From Opitutaceae bacterium (GTDB taxonomy: Bacteria > Verrucomicrobiota > Verrucomicrobiia > Opitutales > Opitutaceae), in assembly GCA_044344465.1 (NCBI GenBank), contig JBIJCX010000004.1, positions 4,804 through 68,803 on the forward strand: DNA of 64,000 nucleotides, written 5' to 3'. Below are positions 56,826 through 64,000 of the stretch, piece after piece. Numbering within the stretch: position 1 is the stretch's first letter; every line of letters starts with the position of its first letter. The position numbers were made by a program, and so were the translations under genes. Below the pieces are notes generated by a model. The model saw only the letters and a list, made by a program, of their open reading frames with translations. It was not told where the DNA came from and searched no databases.

Positions 56826-58748
56826 ATGACCACCGCTCCCAGCAGGACATTCGACCTCGTGGTCGGCGGCTCCACCGCTCCGGGCATCGTCGCCGCGGTC
56901 CGGGCGGCGCGTGAGGGATTGAACGTCGCGTTGGTGGCCGCTGGCGCGAAGCTGGGCGGAAGTCTGCCCTCCCTCGGGGCCATCGAGACCCACTATCGCG
57001 GCAACCGTGCGCCGCTGTTGCAGGAGTTCATCGCCGGCGTGCAGGCCTACTACCGGGATCGTTACGGCGCCGACTCCGGGCAATATCGCGCCTGCACCGG
57101 CGGCAAGATGGTGACCTTTGAACCTCACGTGGCCGAAGCCGTGCTCGAGCGCATGGTGGCCGCGGAGAAAAACCTCCGCGTGTGGCGCGGTTTCGCGCCG
57201 GCCGCGGTGGAGCGGGAAGGGGGCATGGTGCGCGCCGTGCTCTTTTGCCATGGTCAGACTGGCGAACCGCTGCGCCTGGCCGCCCACGCCTTTATCGAGG
57301 CCGGTTACGAAGGCGATCTGATGGCGCTGGCGGGCGCGGCGTTTCGCATCGGGCGCGAGTCGCGGGAGGAATTCGGCGAACCGCGCGCCGGCCGGGTCTT
57401 CACCCAATGGCTCGCCGGCGTGCATCCGCGCGCCGCGGCCGAGGGCCGGCTGAATTTGGTCACGGCCGGCGCGACCACGTCGGAACCGCTGCCCGGCAGC
57501 ACGGGCGCGGGCGACGACAACATCCAGTCCTACAGCTACCGGCTATGTCTGACCGATGATCCGGCCAATCGGCGGCGGCTCGAGGCTCCCCCGCCGGGCT
57601 ACGACCGGGCGACGTTCGCGCCCATTCTGCTTTCGCCCGCGGAAAAGGAAAAACTCCCGCTGCCCTTTCACCACCGGTTCCTGATTTATGTGCTGCGCGA
57701 GATGGTCGAGCGGGATCATATCTTCCACGGTCACGCCCTGCCCAACCGCAAGCGGAGCTGGAATGCCACCAACCTCACCGGCGCAGGCAAGCACTATGCG
57801 ACCGCCGATGCCGCCGGCCGCCGGGCGATCGAGCGGGCGCACCGCGAGCACGCGCTCGGCTTGATGTGGTTCCTGCAGAACGACCCGGAAATGCCCGCGG
57901 ACTTGCGCGCCCAGGCCCGCGCCTGGGGCCTGGCGCGCGATGAGTTTGTGGATACCGACAACGTCCCGCCGCAGCTCTATGTCCGCGAGGCCCGGCGGCT
58001 GGTCGGCCGCGCCCTCTTCACCGAACTCGACGCCCTGCCGGTCCGTCCGTCAACCCGTCCTCCGGCCGCCGTCACCGGGGCCACCACCGCGGCCCACGCC
58101 GCCCCTTGTCATCCATTGGATGACAAGCCGGCTTGTCATTCAATGGATGACAACGGGCGGGCGCCGGTCCACGCCGACTCGATCGGGATCACGGAGTTTT
58201 CGCTCGATTCCCTGGCCTGCACGACGGAGCGGTTGCCGGCTGCCGGGGCGTTGTGCGATGGGCAGTTGTTTCAGATGGAGGTATCGCGTCCCGGCCAGGT
58301 GCCCTTCGGTGTCCTGTTGCCGCGCGAACTCGACAACCTGCTCGTGGTCACGACGGTGTCGGCGACGCATGTGGGGTGGGGCACGGTCCGCCAGACGCCC
58401 ACCCTGATGCATCTGGCGGAATCCGCCGCGTGGGCCGTCGTCCTCGCGGCGCAGCAGAAGATCGCCCCGGCCGGGATCAGCGGCGGAGGCCTGCAGCGCA
58501 CCCTGGTCGCGCGCGGCGTCATGATTACTTTTTTTAACGATTTCGATATGGGGGCACGCGAGCCGTGGGTGCCGGCGGTGCAATATTTTGGCGCCCGCGG
58601 ATTTTTTCCAGGTTACGATGCCCGGCCGGCCGAGCTGTTGGATCCCACGACCGCCGCGGCGTGGGCGGAGATTGCCAGGGTCGCAACTGGCACTCTGACC
58701 GGCCTCACCCGCGGGGCCGCCTGCCAGCGTTGCTACGAAAGGTGTTGA
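56826..58748 (+). CDS. FAD-dependent oxidoreductase (FAD_oxidored family)
   Basis: DLVVGGSTAPGIVAAVRAAREG, FEPHVAE, YEGDLMA, IQSYSYRLCLT, LYVREARR, SATHVGWG. Confidence 0.85.
   Translation: MTTAPSRTFDLVVGGSTAPGIVAAVRAAREGLNVALVAAGAKLGGSLPSLGAIETHYRGNRAPLLQEFIAGVQAYYRDRYGADSGQYRACTGGKMVTFEPHVAEAVLERMVAAEKNLRVWRGFAPAAVEREGGMVRAVLFCHGQTGEPLRLAAHAFIEAGYEGDLMALAGAAFRIGRESREEFGEPRAGRVFTQWLAGVHPRAAAEGRLNLVTAGATTSEPLPGSTGAGDDNIQSYSYRLCLTDDPANRRRLEAPPPGYDRATFAPILLSPAEKEKLPLPFHHRFLIYVLREMVERDHIFHGHALPNRKRSWNATNLTGAGKHYATADAAGRRAIERAHREHALGLMWFLQNDPEMPADLRAQARAWGLARDEFVDTDNVPPQLYVREARRLVGRALFTELDALPVRPSTRPPAAVTGATTAAHAAPCHPLDDKPACHSMDDNGRAPVHADSIGITEFSLDSLACTTERLPAAGALCDGQLFQMEVSRPGQVPFGVLLPRELDNLLVVTTVSATHVGWGTVRQTPTLMHLAESAAWAVVLAAQQKIAPAGISGGGLQRTLVARGVMITFFNDFDMGAREPWVPAVQYFGARGFFPGYDARPAELLDPTTAAAWAEIARVATGTLTGLTRGAACQRCYERC
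58105..58153. repeat. Two TGTCAT palindromes inside the oxidoreductase CDS
   Basis: cttgtcatccattggatgacaag and cttgtcattcaatggatgacaa, read as CHPLDDK / CHSMDDN. Confidence 0.8.
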
Positions 58749-58845
58749 GGCGGCGGCGGTACGGCCCAGTGCCATTCCACATCCAGCCGGCCTCTTCTCC
58801 TCCCGGGCAAAATCGCTGCGACGCCGGGAACGGGATCCCAGCCGC

Positions 58846-59601
58846 TCAGAACGGCTGGGATCCCGGGCGTAGTTGGATATCACATACCTGCACCCCGGGT
58901 GGCGCGGACAGGATATAGCGGACCGCCGCGACCAGATCCGACGCCGCCAGCGGCGGGTACGGATACGCACCGCTTTTCGCCAGGAGGCCATCAGGTTTGG
59001 CATGCCAGGGCGTGTCCACGAGCCCGGGCGAAAGCAACGCCACCTTCACTCGCTGCCCCTCCTGCACCAACTCGGAGCGCAGGCCATCGGTCAGGATGCG
59101 CAGGGCATGCTTCGTGGCGGCGTAAATCGCCGGCGTGCCGGGCACCACGCGGTGGCCGGTCATCGAGGAGACATTGATGATCGCTGCCTCGGTCTTGCCC
59201 CGCATCGCCGCTGCGGCTTCCCGCATGCAGACAAGCGCCGCCCGGACGTTGAGGTCGAGGGCGGACTGGATCTCGTCCCATTCCGCGTGCAAGAGCGAAC
59301 GGCCGCCCAACGTGCCGGCATTGTTGATGAGCACGTCCACCGGACCCCAGTGGGCGGCGAGATCGGCGAAGAACCGCCGGTTTACCGCCACCTCGCGCTG
59401 GTCGCCCACGAGCACCAGCGACTCCCCGCCGGCGGCACGCACCAGGGCCGCCGTCTCAGCGAGGGCCGCCTCGCGCCGGCCGGTCACCGTCACCTTGAGG
59501 CCGAGTCGGCCCAAGTCCTCGGCGATCGCCCGGCCGATTCCGGAGGAGGCTCCGGTCACCAGGGCAATCTTTCCGCGCCAGCGATCGAGTTCAGTGTTCA
59601 T
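58846..59601 (-). CDS. SDR-family oxidoreductase
   Basis: TGASSGIG, NNAG, NVSS, YAATK, SPGLVDT. Confidence 0.9.
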   Translation of the reverse strand: MNTELDRWRGKIALVTGASSGIGRAIAEDLGRLGLKVTVTGRREAALAETAALVRAAGGESLVLVGDQREVAVNRRFFADLAAHWGPVDVLINNAGTLGGRSLLHAEWDEIQSALDLNVRAALVCMREAAAAMRGKTEAAIINVSSMTGHRVVPGTPAIYAATKHALRILTDGLRSELVQEGQRVKVALLSPGLVDTPWHAKPDGLLAKSGAYPYPPLAASDLVAAVRYILSAPPGVQVCDIQLRPGSQPF

Positions 59602-59799
59602 CCGCGCAACATGGCGGGTCCGCCCGGCCGGCCGCAATCCGGCAGTGTGGTTCCATCCGCAGACCACAGGTTTTCGCTGCGCGAAAACCCTAATTCAGAT
59701 TTTGATCGGTCGAGAATCTGATCTGGTCGCTTCACGGGATGCGTTGCGGATCTCCTACCTGCCTTGCTCCCATTACCAGGAACCCTGCCTTTCTTTTCC

Positions 59800-60561
59800 A
59801 TGAAGAATCCCTCCCGACCGCTCTCCGACGGCGAAATCCACGAGCTCAAGCGCTGGAACACCCCGACCATCTACAATGGCTGGGAGCAGATCACGCGGCA
59901 CGACCCGGGCCGCGACGGCGTCAATCTCGAGCCCGTGCGCGACTATATGCCGCAAATGGGGCCGATGGCCGGATATGCCGTCACGGTGGTTTGCCAGCCG
60001 GGCAACCCGAAGCACAAACTGAAGCATCCCCGCGCCTGGAGCGAATACCGCCGCTATCTCGCGTCGCTGCCGGGGCCGAAAGTCGTCGTGGTTCAGGACC
60101 TCGACAAACCCAACCTCTACGGCGCGTTCTGGGGCGAGGTGACGAGCAACTTCCACCGGGCTCTCGGCTGCGTGGGCACGATCATCGACGGCGGCATCCG
60201 CGATACCGACGAGATGACCGCCGCGGGCTTCAAGGCGCTCGCCCGCGGCACGGCCGTGGGCCATGCGCATTCGTGTCCGGTGCGCTGGGGCGTGACCGTC
60301 GAGGTCTTCGGCCGGAAGGTCGAACCCGGCCAGTTGATCCATGCCGACAAGCACGGCTTCCTCGCCGTGCCTTTCGGCGAGGAGGCCGGACTGCTCGAGG
60401 CGGCAAAGTTCATGGATGCCGGGGAATGCCGCACGATCATCGAGGCCGCCCGCGACATTGGCGGCCGTTCGCCGCTGGAAATCTGCGCCGCGCTCGACCG
60501 CGCCGGCGCCGCCTTCCAGGCGGCCGCGAAGAAGAAATTTGCCGGCCAGGGCGAATGGTAA
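59800..60561 (+). CDS. RraA/HMG aldolase-family protein
   Basis: TPTIYNG, GYAVT, AFWGEV, DGGIRDTDE, IHADKHG. Confidence 0.85.
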   Translation: MKNPSRPLSDGEIHELKRWNTPTIYNGWEQITRHDPGRDGVNLEPVRDYMPQMGPMAGYAVTVVCQPGNPKHKLKHPRAWSEYRRYLASLPGPKVVVVQDLDKPNLYGAFWGEVTSNFHRALGCVGTIIDGGIRDTDEMTAAGFKALARGTAVGHAHSCPVRWGVTVEVFGRKVEPGQLIHADKHGFLAVPFGEEAGLLEAAKFMDAGECRTIIEAARDIGGRSPLEICAALDRAGAAFQAAAKKKFAGQGEW

Positions 60562-61835
60562 CCACGGCGCAAAGTTTCATCGGCGGGCACAAGCGCTGGC
60601 TGATTGTGATCATGCTGGCCGGGTTCGGCGTCGTTAACTATCTCGACCGCCAGGCGCTCTCCGTGCTGGCGCCGACCCTGCGCAAGGAGCTGAGCCTCAC
60701 GACCGAGCAGTATTCCTACATCGTCAGCACGTTTCTCACGGCCTACGGTATCGGTTATGCTATTACGGGCCGGATGCTCGACCGCATCGGCGTGAAGCTC
60801 GGGCTGGCGCTGGCTCTCGCCTTCTGGTCGCTCATCGGCATGGGTCACGCCGCCGTGATCGGCTGGCTCTCGCTGGCGGCGGCCCGCTTCCTCCTCGGGC
60901 TCGGGCAGGCCGCCAACTCCCCCGGTGGGATGAAAGCGATCGCGGAATGGATCCCGCCGCGGGAACGCGGGCTCTGCTCGGCGATTTTTTCCAACTCGAA
61001 CAGCCTCGGCGCCGTGTTGGCTCCGCCGATCATCGCCGGACTGGCACTCTGGCTGGGCTGGCGCTGGGCCTTTCTCATCGCGGGGGCCAGCGGCTTTGGG
61101 CTGCTGCTGCTGTGGTGGCGGTTTTACGATTCGCCGGAAAAGCACCGCGGGATCACCGAGGCGGAGCGCGCCCACATCCTAAAACACCGGGGGGCCGCGC
61201 CCGCGGCCAAGCCCGACGTGCCCGTTTCCTACGCGACCATCCTGCGGGACCGTTCCTGCCTTGGCCTCTGCCTGGTCCGCTTTTTCACCGATCCTTTCGC
61301 CTATTTCATCTCGTTCTGGCTGATCGACTATTTTCAGACGGTGCGCGGATTCTCGCTCCAAACCGTGGCGCTGCTCGGCTGGATTCCGTACCTGGCCTCG
61401 CCCCTCTTCGGCGGTCCCGTCGGCGGGGCGTTGGGCGATTGGATGGTGCGACGCGGGGTCGAGCCACGCGTGGCGCGCCTGCGAATGATGTTCGCGGCCG
61501 CCTGTCTCACGCCGCTGGCGCTGCTCGCGGTACGCACCGAACTCACCTGGCTGGCAGTGGCGCTCTGCTTCGTGATGGTCGCGGCCAATTCCTGCTGGAG
61601 CGTCAACAAGCTCACCCTCGCCACGGAGCTCGTGCCGCGGAGCCAGGTGGCGAGTCTGGTGTCGCTCGGCGGGATCGCCGGCAGCCTCGGTGGCGTCGGA
61701 TCCACGCTGCTCGCGGGCAAGGCCATTGCGACCGTCGGCTACGGGCCCGTCTTCACCGTGGTCGGATTCTTGCACCTCACGGCGTTCAGCATCTTGTACA
61801 CGATGCAACGGCGGCCCACGACCGCCGCGGCGTGA
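60555..61835 (+). CDS. MFS transporter (ExuT/hexuronate-like, ACS family)
   Basis: NYLDRQALSVLAP, GRMLDRIG, RFLLGLGQA, EWIPPRERG, RFFTDP. Confidence 0.88.
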   Translation: MVTTAQSFIGGHKRWLIVIMLAGFGVVNYLDRQALSVLAPTLRKELSLTTEQYSYIVSTFLTAYGIGYAITGRMLDRIGVKLGLALALAFWSLIGMGHAAVIGWLSLAAARFLLGLGQAANSPGGMKAIAEWIPPRERGLCSAIFSNSNSLGAVLAPPIIAGLALWLGWRWAFLIAGASGFGLLLLWWRFYDSPEKHRGITEAERAHILKHRGAAPAAKPDVPVSYATILRDRSCLGLCLVRFFTDPFAYFISFWLIDYFQTVRGFSLQTVALLGWIPYLASPLFGGPVGGALGDWMVRRGVEPRVARLRMMFAAACLTPLALLAVRTELTWLAVALCFVMVAANSCWSVNKLTLATELVPRSQVASLVSLGGIAGSLGGVGSTLLAGKAIATVGYGPVFTVVGFLHLTAFSILYTMQRRPTTAAA

Positions 61836-61878
61836 ACCGGGCATGGTGTCCTGGATCACACGACTTTGAATTTTTTCG

Positions 61879-62577
61879 ATGATTAGAACCCTTCGCATCA
61901 TGACGTTGCTTTCGAGTGCGACGCTCGGGGCGCTGTGCCCGGCGCGCGAGGAGTCGAAGTTTGCTCTGCCGGCGGCGCCAGTGGAACTTGTGACCGAAGA
62001 GGCGAAGTTCCGCCCTTTCGCGGAAAACGTTCGGACCGAGGTCGAACGCCTCTTTACCGTGCCCGCCGCCGTGGACGACCGGGCGACGCTCAGCGTCCTG
62101 CTCTCCACCCGCGTGCATCTGGCGCACCACTTCGGCGACAACGAACGGGCGGTGTCCACCGCCGCCTGGATCCGCAGCCTGCAGCCCGATCCCGCCCTCC
62201 GTGCGTTCGCCGGGCTGACCACGCTCGCGGCCGTCGAGGCGCGGCGGCGGCATCCCGGCACCGCCCCGGGCGACGCGAACTACCGCGCGACGTTTCGGCG
62301 TGAGTTTACGGGGCAGCTGGCGCAACTGCCGCGCACACCGGAGATCGCGACGATGTTGCGGGGCCAGCGGGAGAAAATTGCCGGACTCACCGAGGCCGCG
62401 CTGCTGGCCGAGACCCGCGATGTGATCATCCCCGCCCTCGCGCGCCGGGGACATTGCGGGCTGGCGGAGGCCGATCAGCTCGTGCGCGTCCGGCACCGGA
62501 TGGTGAGCATCCTGCCCCTCAAAGCTGAAACCGTTCAAGCGCTCGACGCTGCCATCGCCGCACGCTCCTCTCCATGA
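61879..62577 (+). CDS. Hypothetical helical, probably secreted protein
   Basis: 232-aa ORF; stop overlaps the next ATG (ATGA). Confidence 0.65.
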   Translation: MIRTLRIMTLLSSATLGALCPAREESKFALPAAPVELVTEEAKFRPFAENVRTEVERLFTVPAAVDDRATLSVLLSTRVHLAHHFGDNERAVSTAAWIRSLQPDPALRAFAGLTTLAAVEARRRHPGTAPGDANYRATFRREFTGQLAQLPRTPEIATMLRGQREKIAGLTEAALLAETRDVIIPALARRGHCGLAEADQLVRVRHRMVSILPLKAETVQALDAAIAARSSP

Positions 62578-62924
62578 AAAACGTCCACACCGCCCCGTTG
62601 GAGGTGCTATCGGTGAAGCCGAACGGCGCCTTCGCCACCGAACCGTACGAAGCCGGCTGGGCCGACGAAGCGATCGCGATGATTTATGTACGCGAAGCCG
62701 CCGGACCTTCCCCGACGCTGGAACTGCGGGTCCAGATCTCCGCGGATGGCGCACGCTGGTTCGACCATCCCAACCCGCCGCTCCGGCTCCAAAAAGCAGG
62801 TGGCTACAGCCTGCCGCTCACCCAATTCGGCAACTGGCTCCGGCTCGCCGGCGAGGTCAGCGGCGGCCCGGCCGACGGCACGCCTGCGTTCGTGCTCGAT
62901 CTCTACTGGGTGTTGAAGGGATGA
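62574..62924 (+). CDS. Small beta-rich hypothetical protein
   Basis: TEPYEAGWADEA, VQISADG..W, FGNWLRL. Confidence 0.7.
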   Translation: MKNVHTAPLEVLSVKPNGAFATEPYEAGWADEAIAMIYVREAAGPSPTLELRVQISADGARWFDHPNPPLRLQKAGGYSLPLTQFGNWLRLAGEVSGGPADGTPAFVLDLYWVLKG

Positions 62925-62931
62925 AAATAGG

Positions 62932-63045
62932 AGCGAGTAGTGAGTAGCGAGTAGCGAGCATGGATGCACTTCCGTTTAGAAATGTAGCTTTCCCGGCCCA
63001 TCTCTCCGGCCTACTCACTCCTCGCTGCCCGCTACTCGCTACTCG
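62932..63045. repeat. Inverted element with 7-nt periodic arms (GAGTAGC)
   Basis: agcgagtagtgagtagcgagtagcgag / ctactcactcctcgctgcccgctactcgctactcg. Confidence 0.8.
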
Positions 63046-63054
63046 AAACATTCC

Positions 63055-64000
63055 ATGAACGAGACATCTGAAATTTTCCGTCGCGCACTCCTTCAAGCTG
63101 ATCCCCGTCTCAGCCGCTTCAATCCGCTCGAGCGCATCCTGCATTGCGACGATTTCAACCAGGGGCAGCACGGCTGGCAGGGGTACTTCCCAGACTACGA
63201 TGGCTGGGACGATTATCCCGGCCGGTACCAGCCGGTGGACGCCGTCACGCAGTCGCTCGAGAAGGCGCGCCGCAATCCGCAGCTCCGGATCGACCGCAAG
63301 CTGCCCATCGGTCCGCGCGGCGTGCCCATGTTGAGCTCGCTCACCTCGTGGGACGTCGGCACGGCCGGCTCGCTCAGCGGCACCTATGCGCTGAAGGTGC
63401 CGACCCTGCCGCTGGCTGGGAGCAAGGTGTTCGCGCAAAAGCGACTGGGGTCGCCCTGGCGCGGGAAGTTCCGTGTCGAAACCTGGTTTTGCTTCAAGAC
63501 AGACCCCGCGGATTTCCAACTCGGCGAGACGGACATTCGTGCGCTCTACCTGACCTTCGACGTGATGGACCTGCATCATGTGCGCGACCAGGGCCAGGAG
63601 CCCCGCCGCTGGTGGCCGGCCCTGCGGTACCACAATGCCGAGAACGGGCAGCTCGTGCGCCGCTGGCAGGCAAACATCGGGTCCGAAGGGGTGAAGGATG
63701 GCGCATGGGAATATCTGGCCGACGGGCAACAGGATCTCGGATACAACCGGGCGGCCACAAAATACCAGTGGAACTACCTGCGCTTCACCTTCGACCTCGC
63801 CCGCCGCGAATACGTCGATTTCCACTGCCACGGCAAGGAGTTCAACGTGCAGGGCCGGCGCCACGAGCCGGAGCCTCCGCTCGAAGGCTGGCGCGCCAGC
63901 ACAGACAAATGTCCCGGGCTCGTGGGCACCGGCTTCGGCATCGAGGCCGCGACCGACAAGCGCTGTTTTCTGTATCTCGATGCCGTCGTCGTCTCGGCCT
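63055..64000 (+). CDS. Hypothetical protein, possibly DUF6772-like (runs off window)
   Basis: Hand-translated open frame MNETSEIFRRALLQADPRLSRFNPLERILHCDDFNQGQHGW...; family name is from memory only. Confidence 0.65.
   Translation, partial: MNETSEIFRRALLQADPRLSRFNPLERILHCDDFNQGQHGWQGYFPDYDGWDDYPGRYQPVDAVTQSLEKARRNPQLRIDRKLPIGPRGVPMLSSLTSWDVGTAGSLSGTYALKVPTLPLAGSKVFAQKRLGSPWRGKFRVETWFCFKTDPADFQLGETDIRALYLTFDVMDLHHVRDQGQEPRRWWPALRYHNAENGQLVRRWQANIGSEGVKDGAWEYLADGQQDLGYNRAATKYQWNYLRFTFDLARREYVDFHCHGKEFNVQGRRHEPEPPLEGWRASTDKCPGLVGTGFGIEAATDKRCFLYLDAVVVSA

Noticed and set aside
59739-61835. 698-aa extended MFS ORF
   Set aside because: The extension overlaps the RraA gene in another frame; the likely start is 60555

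Overview
GC-rich bacterial chromosomal window, most likely Verrucomicrobiota (Opitutaceae-like). This is inferred from the TonB receptor N-termini (L[SN]PF[VI]V..GY.A..) and from a Planctomycetes/Verrucomicrobia-type (PVM) microcompartment locus. Main content: an Mla/MCE ABC system, GNATs, a two-component system, three TonB-dependent receptors, several secreted esterase/glycan-active proteins, dapL and panC. It also has a PVM BMC operon for deoxy-sugar (fucose/rhamnose) catabolism (20004-28782), a rhaEW-type aldolase/dehydrogenase, LacI/GntR regulators and a sugar-acid-type cluster at the right end. No rRNA, tRNA, CRISPR array or transposase gene was seen. The most unusual signal is non-coding: many intergenic gaps hold short inverted-repeat elements of several families (GTAG/GTGG REP doublets, 7-nt periodic arms, 9/10-nt periodic CCAC-ended arms, TGTCAT-ended palindromes). 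Two ~125-bp CCAC-type copies bracket a lone GxxExxY PD-(D/E)XK nuclease gene, suggesting a RAYT/REP-like 'nuclease plus cognate repeat' selfish system. Also notable: a two-gene islet (small protein plus retropepsin-like protease) flanked by a duplicated 3' end of the BMC dehydrogenase gene, an in-frame palindromic insertion inside an enzyme gene, a Tat-exported LarA-like protein, and apparent clean internal gene deletions. All family assignments come from motif recognition by eye; no database search was run.
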